Below, piece after piece: positions 51,811 to 63,426 of a DNA stretch of 64,000 nucleotides; positions within the stretch are counted from its first letter, which is position 1, and every line of letters begins with the position of its first letter. The notes under the pieces are model-generated. The model saw only the letters and a program-made list of their open reading frames with translations. It did no database searches and was not told the DNA's origin. The DNA is from Pseudogymnoascus verrucosus (lineage: Eukaryota): NCBI GenBank assembly GCA_001662655.1, contig KV460224.1. One strand, written 5' to 3'. Made by a program: the position numbers and the translations under genes.

Positions 51811-53236
51811 TCACGGAAAACAGTCCATGATATCGGCCCCGGTAAGAACCATAAGCTTCGTCTTCCCATCCCCCCTCACAGACGGCGAATCCGGAAACAC
51901 CCTATCCACGAAATTCCCCCTTGTCGTATTCGGATGTATATATTCCTCAAAGTAATCCCCATCCCCATCCACCGTCCTCGCATACGCCACTATAGCCGAC
52001 AAACTACTCGTCAGGATCCCCATGAAGTAATCCGCCGACACCAGACTATCGTACTCCGTAATCGCCTTCTCGTCGAACCTCAGCCTTTCGATCTTATCCA
52101 GGATTTTGGTGTGCTTGCTGAGTAGACTCGTTTTATCGTGGACGATATATCCTAACGGCTCCAACCTCTTCTCAAACTTTCGAATCGCGTCGGGGTTTCC
52201 ACAACTGACATAGACATCCTTGATCGTCGCAGTATCATTGCCGCCCAGCGTGTTATTGCGCAGTTCCAGCAGCGCCTGAGTATAAAGGTCGATCTGCGTA
52301 CCCAACTCCCCAAAACTATTCGGCCAATCCTTCTCCCCCCTTAAATGCACCGCCACAACCGGCCCACTAACCGTCTCCCTCAGCGCATCAAAAACCCGCC
52401 CGCCGAGCTGGGATAACTTATCATTATACCTCAGCGCCCTGAACAACTCCTTCTTCACCTCCGTCTCACCCGCCGCAGTGTAGTTCCACGCCAGATACGG
52501 ATCCCCATACAAGATCCGCACCGGCCTATCCTTACTGATTTCCGCGCGCGTACTAACGACCTCGCTCTTAGCGATTGTGTCGTCGATGAGCGCGCGGAAT
52601 GTGTCGTTGGAATGGCTAGGCTCGAGGTATTTCCGGAACTTCGCATCGACGGTGGTGTCGAGGCCTTTCGTGTCTTTGCAGGCGCGGATGTTCAGCTGGG
52701 GACAGGCGGCGGAGAGAGACTGCTGGTAGAGTTTGGTGTCAAAGAGACCTTCAGGGCATTCTTCTGTAATATATTCCATCAGGTCGGTATCGCTGCGTGT
52801 AGCGAATGTGGGGATCTAGAGGGTATCAATAATGCTGCGCGAAACGCCGGCCGTGGCCATGGAGGCTAGGAGAGGCGGGGATTACAATGACACCGGCGCC
52901 AGCGGAGATGGCAAGGCGTACGCAGGTCTGCATCCTGTTCCGTAGATTGCTGAGGCCGCCCCGCATCGAGGTCTTGGATGGCCCGACATTATTGTGGCAT
53001 TGGAGCCAGAGGCCTTCCGTCCATTCTGTTTCGTTGCAGAGATTGCGGAGAGCTGGGAATGAGGAGGCAGAGAGAGAACCCGAGCTGCTCGGGAGAGGAA
53101 ATAAGGATAGATTATGAGAGCGTGGGGGCCGATCGAGCCGAAAGAGGACAGTGTAGAGTGTGGTGATGGCGACTAAGGGGATGAAGATGTAGAAAACGGG
53201 GGTGAATCTCCCAAACATCCTCAATGGAGATGTCAT
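51811..53236 (-). CDS. type II membrane O-fucosyltransferase-like glycosyltransferase (intron about 52816-52885)
   Basis: N-terminal TM anchor; GGLSNLRNRMQTCVRLA, VAVHLRGEKDW, VYVSCG, DYFMGILTSSLS. Confidence 0.7.
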
Positions 53237-53342
53237 CAGGGCGGATGAGAGGTGTCAACAGGATTTTTGAGAAAGTGAGGCATATTTGAGAAATAGAGAA
53301 GTAGAATATGCCAAGACGTGAATCTGGCGCAAGAAAGGGACG

Positions 53343-53414
53343 AAGGAAGGGGGTGATAGTATGAGAAGACTAGGTAGTCTTAGGTAGTCTTCTCATAATA
53401 TCACCCCTTTCCTT
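53343..53414. repeat. 72-bp inverted repeat (30-bp arms, 2 mismatches)
   Basis: aaggaagggggtgatagtatgagaagacta / tagtcttctcataatatcacccctttcctt with a 12-nt loop. Confidence 0.9.
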
Positions 53415-54260
53415 AGTTATTCAGCCAGGGCATTCAGGCTCGTAGACCTACCATTGAAATTGATCCTACCGTCTAATAATACCGTGGATGGCGGCGATAG
53501 GTGTGAATAATGCTGCATCAAACCAGCATCGAACCAGCACTGAACTAGCACCAGGGCCATTTCTATCATCAGTATCATCTTGGTATCGTCTTGGCTGAAG
53601 CAATGTAGCCCCATTGGGAGGATTACCCATACAGCCGCAGAATGGGACCGTGGAAAGCGTGTGCATGGCCCGCACAGGGATAGGCTAGCAGTTGGTTAGT
53701 TAGCAGGCAACAGCTTTTGGGACCTCGATGTTGCAGGCTTACGGAGATGCCATGTTGTGTTGGTGATTGCACATCGTAATTCTGGCGAGTTATGTGTAAG
53801 AGAAGGGAGGAAGGAAGCTGGGCACACGGTATGTCGGCAGAAGGCTATGGTGAAGTATTGCACAATTGTACAATACAGCATGGAACGGATAGATAGAGAT
53901 AGAGATAGAGATAGATATACTGAATACTCCATATTATATGCCATGAAGTAAATAAGATACCTGGGACGTTATTATCCGGAGATGGCATTGTGATATTGCA
54001 CAATTGAGTATACCATGTTTGGCCTCGGTGAAGTTTGTGGCTCGAAGTCTGCCGAAGCATGAGTGATAAGATGAGGCCCAACTCCAACGCTTTATATTTG
54101 GCTTATGTAAGGATCGCGTCGCGACCGCCACGACCGCCACAACCTACCCCCACTTGCGGCGGTATTGTGCTTTGGTAGTCAACGTCTCGATTCGGCCTAT
54201 TGCGACAACCACGAAGACAACCTCTATAATAGTGCATTGCCGCCGTCTATACCCCTCATA

Positions 54261-55571
54261 ATGTCTCGCTCATCCACCTCCCAGCAGAGGAACTTGACCC
54301 TCACCGAGGAGCTCGAGAAGCTGGAGCAAACAATAACACTAACCCTCCAAGGTCAGTGCCCGCGACCCTGAATTGACCTGCGGCATAAAGCTTATATACA
54401 TACAGAAATCGACCACAATTTCAGCCGCGCACACCGAATTGTGACTACGAGTATCCTCCCCATCGTCGAGCAATACGGCAAGCACTCCGAGGCTGTGTGG
54501 GACGGCTCAAAGGTTTGATTGACCCCCCCACCCCACGAGGAAGGAGGGGTATCTTCTTGAACACCTACTAACATTTCACAGTTCTGGAAACAGTTCTTCG
54601 AGGCCAGCGCCAATGTCTCTCTGTCTGGTTACGAGGAATTACAACAGGAAGAGGAAGAGGACACAGCTGTCTCGTATTCACATGGCAACAGCACCTACGG
54701 TGCCTCGCTCCAGGAAGACGATTCCCTGCCCGTAGACACAACCCACCACGGCTACGGCCACGATGACGAGTCCCTCCTCGACAACGGCGACATCAGCGGC
54801 AGCACCCCCCGCGCCCCGCCATCACGAACCGCTACCGGCGGAAAATTCGCCGACTACGGCTCCCCATACGAAGCGCTGAAACGGGAGATGAAGGGAGGCA
54901 AAGCCAAAGAAGAAGAATACGACGACGACACCCCCCTCCCCCCCACAACCCCCGGAACCGAACAACGCCTCCCCCGCATGTCAATGACCCCCCTCTCCTC
55001 CCCCTTCGAACCAACCTCCCACCTCGCCTCCACCAAACGCGCCCAAGACCCGCTCCTGCACCGTGTAATGGACAAGAACTACCGCCTCCAAGCCACGCCC
55101 CACACGGCGCAGAAACAAGCCAAAGCTGCTGCATCAAAACCCTCCTGGCGCGACCTCGCCTCCCCCTCCTCATCCTCCCCCATCCAGGCCCCGCAACTCC
55201 ACCATGAGATCTTCAGCTCCCCCATCCGCCAGCCTCAGATCCGCCCTAACGCCGCGCCGCGCACGCCGGGTGTGAGCGTGCAGACTCCTGCGCGGGGGAA
55301 GAGTACGAGGGATATTGGGATCACAGATGAGATTACGTGGGATAGCGATAGTGAGGATGCGGAGGATGTGTATAAGACTCTGGGAATGAGTCCGCCGAAG
55401 ACGATTCAGTTTGCGATCCCGCCGAATAGGGTGTTGCAGACGCCGGCGAGGGAGGCGAGTAAGCGGATTGTGGAGGATTTGCTGATGACGGCTGGGGCGG
55501 GGGGGTATGATGAGGAGGATAGTCCGAGTATGATCAAGCCGAGTCATAATTTGTTGGATGATAGCTTTTGA
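54261..55571 (+). CDS. ASK1: DASH/Dam1 complex subunit Ask1, 3 exons
   Basis: ELEKLEQTITLTLQ-EIDHNFSRAHRIVTTSILPIVEQY...-FWKQFFEASANVSLSGYE; C-terminal MSPPKTIQFA..TPAREAS. Confidence 0.92.
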
Positions 55572-56652
55572 GGGGTTGATGTTTGGTTTTGGGGGGGAAC
55601 TGCGGGTCCGTTTCCAATGAGCCTCTACGATGTTCGGTTATGCCCGTTGAGATAAAATTTGGCAGACAGCACGGCCATAATACGAACAGCCCTCGGGAAA
55701 AACTGCTAGTCATTCCAGGTCACCAGTTGAGGCACGAAGCTGCCAAGAGTCCAAACTAGACACCACACAGCACCCACGAAGCTATCTACGCACACTGAAC
55801 CACCCCCGATACCTGCCTACAGCAACACCAGCCGCTGCACCAAACACCCAGCAACCTTCCCAGGCGTGCTCCAATACACTGATCCACGAGCCACGCAATA
55901 GAAAGCGAGCTCATCTCCCGCCAACAGTCCCCAACCCCCTCTTCATCCAGGAACCACATATACCCACCAGTCTCTTGCCTTGAAGCGCTTAGATAGATAC
56001 GAATACACCCATTCCTGGAGGATATTCCATACACCACATACAGTCATGACATCCGTACCGTGCGTAGTCCACATGCAACCCTACTAGTATCATGAAAACC
56101 ACCCTGAATCGCTATACTCCTTCGTCATATACCCTTATATCCCCCCCCCTTAAGTCTCTTCACTCCACATACTACCCCCCCCCCCCCAAGCTTCCCCGGT
56201 CTTACTTCTCGGCAGCCACCGTTTTTTGCGGGGGAGCTCAGGGATGCCGGAGGATTTGTCGATCCGGCCCCCCCCTCCCGACACCACAGGCCACAGACCG
56301 ACCACAACAACACCCCTGACACATTTCCCAGGCTTACAGCCTATTTCCCCACACTTTAAACATCCACACATTCACGCCATAGCTGCATGTAAGCTCGACG
56401 GCGCCCCCAATGGCTTGGGTCAGATGATGGGATGGTTTATTGATTGGGGGATATATTGGTGAGGGGTGCTGCGGGCCGGATTGGGGGTTGTATGGATGGG
56501 TGGATGAATGAATGGGGATGGGGTCGAAGGGGGGTATATATTTCATATCCTCACTCCCCCGCGCTCTTACAACTTTACTTATTCCCCCCTCTCGTTTAAC
56601 TCATTCCTTCCTATTTCTCATACTTCATCTTTCGCCCCCAAACCAATTCACA

Positions 56653-57626
56653 ATGCGCGCCCCCTCCACCCTCGCCTTCCTGGCCGTCGCAGCAGCAGCG
56701 ATGGTGGTGGACGCCCAGCAAGGAGCTTATAGCCAATGTCATCCCCTCCCCCCCTTCCTTCCTTACCAGAGAAACCCGAGACTAACAACCTCAAAGGTGG
56801 CGGAACAGCCTGGGCTGGTCCAACGACCTGTGCTAGCGGGTTGAAATGTGTTATCCTGAAGTAAACTCCCATCCCCCCTCCCGTGAGCTCCTACAGTGAA
56901 GCACACCAAGCTAACCCATTCAAACCATAGCGAGTGTACGGCCCCCCCCCCTTTCCCATTCCCGCGGCGCTGTAGGTAGTCGCTGTCTATCTATCTATCT
57001 GACACTGAAAAAAAAGGGATCTACCAATGCGTCCCCTCCTCCTTCCCCGGTCCCACCCCAACCTTGAGCGGCGATAGCCCAGCAACATCCACCCTCCCCC
57101 CCGCCGCAACACTAACCCCCAACAACCTCTGGATCCGCGCGGTAGAGGAGCCGTATTTCCACAAATACCTGCAATCCTCTTCCCCCAACGCGGCCGGGGC
57201 AGCGGTGCTAGGCGACGCCTCAACAGCCGCACAATTCTTCTTCGTCTACGGCCGCATCGTCCTCATCCCCCCCCGCCCCTCTCCCGCCCTCTACGCTGTC
57301 GTGCATCCCGAGGTCATCGGCCCCGCACCGGGTAGACTGGCAATCACTTTCGAGACCGAGGCGGTTAATTATGGAGGGTTTTTGTATACGGGTGATACGC
57401 TTATGTGGAGGAATTTAGCGGTGCCGAGACCGAATGAATCAGCGTGGCTGGTTTGTGGGGGGGAGGTGTTTGTTAATCTGGGGGAGGTGGGGGAGGGGAC
57501 GCCGGAGGGGTGTGTGGATCAGACGGTGCGTTTTTGGGATCCTGGGGAAGGGGTGAGGGGTGAGGGGACGGGGCTAATTTGTGTGTGTAGATTCATTTTT
57601 ATTTTGGGAAGACGGCGGATGTGTAG
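56653..57626 (+). CDS. secreted protein with N-terminal CBM1 and uncharacterised C-terminal domain, 5 exons
   Basis: Signal peptide; spliced YSQC-GGTAWAGPTTCASGLKCVILN-EW-IYQC; P/T linker; WIRAVEEPYFHKYLQ...RPNESAWLVC...GTPEGCVDQT-IHFY. Confidence 0.82.
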
Positions 57627-58169
57627 GTGGTTAAGGGAGAAGGGAAGGAGGGGCATGGAAGGTCGTTGGGGGGGTGGAGAGATGAAGGTGAGGTGGCTGA
57701 TATCTTGGTGTATAGTTTTATGAAAGAAAGGGGTGCCTCTGTCATTAATTTGTGCCTTTTGGCCCCCGAGTGAAGAATACAACGTGAACCTTCAATAATG
57801 TAGAAGTAATGAGTACACCTACCTGTAGTCGACGTAATTCGACGTCCAAAGTCACTGCAGCGATTGGAAAGAATTCCCGGTCAGGCCTCCAAAGCTGTGA
57901 TGCTGCAAGGTGCATAAAAGAATGAGAGTGCACCTACCTGTAGTCGGCGTCCAAAAACTACCGAGCCGGTCGTCAGCGTTGTTGGCCTCCCAAACTCATT
58001 CTCGCACATCACCAACCCAGCCAAAGCAATGAACACAGTCAATACAATTTCTCATATCAAACACCCCAACAAAAATACAGCCAAGCCATAACACGCTCTC
58101 ATGGATATCATAACCCCCCCTTCCCCCTTCCCCCTTCAACCCTTCCACCACCCCACCATCACCACCACC

Positions 58170-58906
58170 CTACCCAACCATCCTCCTAACCTTATCCAAA
58201 AGCACCACACTCTCCCTCCCCAACTTCCTCTGCCCATTCCTCCCCCCCGTCCTCGCCTTCGCCATCGCCCGTCTATGCCTCTCCCTCTCCTCCACCTTCC
58301 CTTTGCGTTCCCTATCCCTCCTCTCAAACTCCGCCCTCCTCTCCTCCGCCTCCTTCTTCTTCGCATCAGCTTCCGCCTTCGCCTTATCAAAATACCCCGG
58401 CCTCTTCGCACCGCGCGACTTTCCGTCTATCTTGGGGCCCGAGAAGCGCGGTACGGATGCCGCGGCGGGGGGTGCGTCGGGGGCATCTAGCATTGCCTGG
58501 CGGGAGGGGTGGAGTTCCTGGTCCTGCTCTTGCTTTGGTTCCTCAGCGGCGGGGGTAGGGGCGACTGGCTCCTCGGGGGCTTGGATGACGATTGTTGATG
58601 CGTCGGGGGCTGCGGGGACGGGAGGGGGGGAGGTGCGGGCTTTGACTTTTGCGTAGGATTTCTTGACTTTGGCGTTGTGGATGAGGTCTTTTTTTATTTT
58701 GATGACTGCGGGGGGGTGTTAGTTTGTGTTATGATGGCTGGAGTATGGGATTGGAGGGGTGTATGAGAGAGAGAGGAGGGAATGTGGCTACCTTTCCTGC
58801 GCCATGTGCCATCGGGGAGGTTGTCTGGACCAACTTTGAAGCCGCCGCGGACCTTCTTGACGTGTGGGACTTGGGCGTCATCTTCTCTGTCTCGTTTGGG
58901 AGCCAT
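58170..58906 (-). CDS. Fyv7/TAP26-like rRNA-processing protein, 2 exons
   Basis: [38 protein letters not shown]; charged coiled coil; GQRKLGRESVVLLDKV. Confidence 0.75.
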
Positions 58907-59893
58907 GGTGTGTGAGATATACACTACAGTAGCTCGTGGTAGTATAGTTGTGCTGAGTCTATGGCTGATCTGGTGGTGGAAATACTCGAGTATGGAAATA
59001 TTTCCTTATCGTTGTATCTGGAGCACAAAATTGTCGTGGTGGAAAAAAGAGCAAACAGAGCAAACACTACTTTTGTTAGTGCTAATCGTTGTAGAGTGGG
59101 GTTGTGGGCAGTAGTGGCGGTCAGAGTACTTGTTACTGCATAGTGGGTACTTAAGTTACGGTGAGTAACGTGGGGGGATGCAAGTACTTACGTGGTGCTG
59201 CAGGTATCCTTGGATCCTTGGAGGGAGGAGGTCATGCTTCAGACTAAGGACTGGATTACTCCACCATTACATTACTCACTCTATCTACTTTGAGGGTTCA
59301 TATTCATAGAAGAGATCACCTAGAAATCTACAATATTTGCTTTTATTTGCTTTTATTTTCCTTATTTGCCTCTATTTGCCTTTATTTATTACTTATACCC
59401 ATATCACATCTTACATCTTCCACCTCGCACGCCAAAATTATCCTTCCTTTATCCCACCTTCCTTCCCTCTTATCCGCCTCTTATCCACCTATCCACCGTC
59501 TATCCGACGCACCTGTGACCTTGCTACTCCACCTTTGACGTACTCAAAGTAGCAAGTATCCCACGTCGATCTGCGCCTCTTGTTCCTCTCCTCTCGGCAT
59601 TTTGCATGAACCGTCCGTCACAAATACCTCATCGAGTCACAGCCGCTGTGCCCCAGTACCTCTTTGACTACAAGAACTGCAACAAACTCCCAAGAAAAGC
59701 ACTCGCCACGACCTACTTCCCGCCCAGTCCCGACCTCGAGAAGAACCCCGCCATTCCCACCGGCAAAGCTGGGAAAGAACCAACTTCCACTGCGAAACGC
59801 ACACTCTTCGCCATGATAAATAATATATTATAAACCCCCCCCCAAAAAAAATCGAGCAAGAGTACCTACCACCAGAGTATCGATGCTCACAGC

Positions 59894-62236
59894 ATGCCCT
59901 ACTTCCAGGACCCGGACGGCCATGCTGCGTCCACACCGCCCAACCGACCGACATTTACCTTCCCCGGACCCAGATACCGAGAATTGAGGAGGGAGCCCTC
60001 GGAGGAGAGTATCCGGACAGACCTCTGCGAGGGCCTGGTACCAGATTCCCCAGACGATGCTGCACCAACTGCCGAGGATGAGGCAGGGACGAGCTCCCAC
60101 GATGCCTCGAGCTGTGTCTCGGACAGGCAGGAGCTGATGGAGAGGTTGAAGAGAGGCGAGAGTCCTATCTGGTCCCCGAAGAGACTGGAAACGCCTGGTG
60201 CGAGACGTACGACACCGCTCTTGCCGCCGGCAGAGATCAAGTCGTCTCCAATCTCACCTAGACTGGACGAGACTGAGAACCTGCAGGCCGGGTTGTCGAT
60301 CGAGAGGCCATTGTCTGCACTACACTCGGGAAACTTTAGGGAGGAGAGAGCAGAGCCCAAACGGGACTTGAATTCGGAGCTAGACATCGATCGCATTCGT
60401 GCTGCAAGTCCCCCGCGACCATGGCTTTGCACTTCGCCACCGAGAGACTTTATACCCTTCCGACATGACCGGTTCCACTCTTCCTCTCGCGCCGACGTCG
60501 ACTTCGTATCCAGGTCAAGGGCCGTCTCACTTTCATCATCCTACTCATCGAGCTTCGCATACATACCCCCAACGAGCCCTCTAGTGCATTCCCAGACCAA
60601 CGACGAGGTGGAATTCTCCCCTCTGGGGGACTCCATGGATATCGAGGCGGATTTTATAAGAAATCGCCGGCGCCATACGTTCCAGCCCTATTCCTCCACG
60701 CCGGTAACACCATCCAGTGCAGTCTCCGATTACCAACTACCCTTCCAACGCAGAGATGCGAGCTACGCCTACCAAGCCCACCAACCGAGGAGGTCACTGG
60801 CCTTGAATACGGGCATGTCACAACCGACGTCTTCCCCCCAGACGCCAGCGTTCCGCCACTCTCGACGACCATCACTTGCCTCGGATTCCCCACTCCACCA
60901 CGCATCAATGGTCGGATCATACGAGGAGAGCATTCTCAGAGGCAGAATGTCCACCACCCCCTCTAAACCGCTGGATTTCGTAGCACAGATCGGGGTACTG
61001 GGATTAGGCAAGTGCAAGCCGAGTTTGAAATGCCCGCCTCATGTGGCTCTACCGTTTCCAGCAGTGTTTTATAGCTATGCGACCACAGCCCATGTCAGAC
61101 ATACAGCATCTGAAGACGGACCAAGTCCCTACGTGGGCCAGATCGACCTCGAAAACGGTCTCCCAGCCGCACCACCCTCAGAAAACCACAGCACCAAGCG
61201 AACCCGCCACTCCAAACTCCGACCCCGAGTTTCCGACGGCCCAGAGCCCCCCTCACCCCAAGACCAAACCCCGGAGCTAGAGAAGAGGCGTCTCCAAAAA
61301 CAAAAACGCCGCTCCACCTCCCCCCGGGCCCCACCAGGTGGATGCTACCGCATTCCCGAAAAGGGACAACTCCAGATCATAATCAAGAACCCCAACAAGA
61401 CAGCCGTGAAGCTATTTCTCGTCCCCTACGACCTCGAGGGGATGGAACCGGGGACTAAGACTTTTATAAGGCAGAGAAGTTACTCTGCGGGGCCGATTAT
61501 GGATATCCCCCCTACTACCACGTCCGCCTCGTCGACGACGCAGCAGCAGCCGGAGCAGAATGATCGCGCAACCCTCCGCTACCTAATCCACCTCCACATC
61601 TGCAGTCCCGCGCGCGGACGGTTTTACCTGTATAAATCCATCCGCGTCGTCTTCGCCAACCGCGTCCCGGACGGTAAAGAGAAGTTACGGAATGAGTTGC
61701 AGTTCCCTGAACCGCGATTCACGAGCTATAAACCCGTTCGCGACACCAATCCCAACCCCAGCGCGATTAGCCCGGCGAGCGAGAAGGCGTTTCGACGGAG
61801 GAGCTCGGGGTTTCCTCTTACGGGACTGAGAGGGGGGGATTTCGAAGCGATGGATGGGATTGCCCAGACAGGGGGGGCGTATCCATATGATGGCGAGGGG
61901 AGGAGTACGACGCCTATCGAACCTATTCCCTTCTCGCTCTACAAACGCAGCGATGCAGCTGCGTCATCTGATACCGGAACCAGCCGATCTGGCGTCCCCT
62001 CTAGACCGCCCACGCAGGATGGGAATGGGTCCGGCGAGTGGGGTGCGAGTAGCACCACCAACGGCGGTGGTGGGGAGACGTATGATAAGCTGTGTAAGGG
62101 TGATATTGGCTACGGCGGAAACGCATTTGCCACCCCTCTCCTACAGGGACGACAGGTTGCGGAGGGTTTGTTGGCTTTGAAGTTGAGGGGGTTGGGTGTT
62201 GGGAGGGGAGATGGGGGGGTGGATGAGGGGAGATGA
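59894..62236 (+). CDS. DUF4210 / chromosome-segregation-domain (Atos/FAM214-like) protein
   Basis: MVGSYEESILRGRMS..LDFVAQIGVLG..CPPHV; YRIPEKGQLQIIIKNPNKTAVKLFLVPYDL..KTFIRQR..LRYLIHL..YLYKSIRVVF. Confidence 0.85.
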   Translation: MPYFQDPDGHAASTPPNRPTFTFPGPRYRELRREPSEESIRTDLCEGLVPDSPDDAAPTAEDEAGTSSHDASSCVSDRQELMERLKRGESPIWSPKRLETPGARRTTPLLPPAEIKSSPISPRLDETENLQAGLSIERPLSALHSGNFREERAEPKRDLNSELDIDRIRAASPPRPWLCTSPPRDFIPFRHDRFHSSSRADVDFVSRSRAVSLSSSYSSSFAYIPPTSPLVHSQTNDEVEFSPLGDSMDIEADFIRNRRRHTFQPYSSTPVTPSSAVSDYQLPFQRRDASYAYQAHQPRRSLALNTGMSQPTSSPQTPAFRHSRRPSLASDSPLHHASMVGSYEESILRGRMSTTPSKPLDFVAQIGVLGLGKCKPSLKCPPHVALPFPAVFYSYATTAHVRHTASEDGPSPYVGQIDLENGLPAAPPSENHSTKRTRHSKLRPRVSDGPEPPSPQDQTPELEKRRLQKQKRRSTSPRAPPGGCYRIPEKGQLQIIIKNPNKTAVKLFLVPYDLEGMEPGTKTFIRQRSYSAGPIMDIPPTTTSASSTTQQQPEQNDRATLRYLIHLHICSPARGRFYLYKSIRVVFANRVPDGKEKLRNELQFPEPRFTSYKPVRDTNPNPSAISPASEKAFRRRSSGFPLTGLRGGDFEAMDGIAQTGGAYPYDGEGRSTTPIEPIPFSLYKRSDAAASSDTGTSRSGVPSRPPTQDGNGSGEWGASSTTNGGGGETYDKLCKGDIGYGGNAFATPLLQGRQVAEGLLALKLRGLGVGRGDGGVDEGR

Positions 62237-62761
62237 TAGTGATGGAGTGGCGCTGGACGTACTTATCTACCTACCTATCCGCACAAGGGAGGGAATAGCT
62301 GTTGGAGTATTTGGAGTTGGAGTGGATTGAATTGAATTTGGGGGATGGGAGGGATTGAATTGCAAGATTAGATACCATTTACTTAGTTTGATATATAAAC
62401 AGATAGCCAGACCCCTCTCACTCACGGGGAGGGGGGTGAATAGAAATTGTTTGAAGGAAATAAATTAAACCCTCCGATGCAGATGATGATGCAGATGATG
62501 ATGATAAATACCCTCACCACCACCCATCACTCCACACGCCCATCTCAAACCCCTTCATCCACCACAACCGACCCTCTCCCCCTCCACTATGCTCTTTCCT
62601 AAGCACAAAATCGATACGAGACAGTTTTAATTTTTCAACTTCCATTATCAGTAGAACCCATCCCCCTTTCTCACATCACCCAAACCCACCATACCACACC
62701 CCAACACACTCAATTAACCCCCTCCCACGCACCATCCCACCGCCTACACCCAGTACCCCCT

Positions 62762-63022
62762 TCAACCAACCAACCAGTAAGAACCAGCCTCCACAGCCCC
62801 AACCAGCACCCCACCCCTTCCCGCCTCATCCGCGAAAGCCCAATTTCCCCAATACGCCCCAAGTGTTCCAAACCCGTCTTCTTTCCCCACGAAGCTAAAT
62901 CTCCACTGCGATCCCGAAGCAGCGCCAGAAAGACTATACCACGTTTCATCGAGCGCGGCAATGAGGGTGTTTGCCGATTGCCATGACCCGTTTTTCTCGC
63001 TGGGGAGAGGGGTGTATTTCAT
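62762..63022 (-). CDS. possible small hypothetical protein (86 aa)
   Basis: ATG in a fungal Kozak-like context (acaacaaaATG); Trp/Gly-rich ORF; no family recognised. Confidence 0.3.
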   Translation of the reverse strand: MKYTPLPSEKNGSWQSANTLIAALDETWYSLSGAASGSQWRFSFVGKEDGFGTLGAYWGNWAFADEAGRGGVLVGAVEAGSYWLVG

Positions 63023-63426
63023 TTTGTTGTCGACTGCGTTCTCACTGCCGCCGCCTAAATTAATTCGCTGTCGATTGCATTCTCACTACCGACTAACTCT
63101 GCTACCACCACCCTCAACACACATATATTTCCACAAGAGCAAGAGCAAGGGCTTCTACCTTCTGCCTTCTGCGCCGTGGATGTTTACATCACAATATCCT
63201 AGCGCATTGTGTTTGCTGACGTCGGTCTCGATGGTTTGAGTTAGAAAGGTATATTATCATACATTACAAAAAACACTATCACATAACATATCTTACTCTC
63301 CCTCTCTCCCAATCGAACAAGAAAACATCACCAACCAACCCACAAAAAAACAAAACAAAAACACCCACCACCCCCTTCTACTTTTCCTCCCCCCCCGCCT
63401 TTTCCCCCAAACTTTTTCCCCCTAAC

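Noticed and set aside
52780..52890. Apparent frameshift in the glycosyltransferase-like gene
   Set aside because: Explained by a GTAATC...TAG intron giving AGAGVI-IPTFATRSD.
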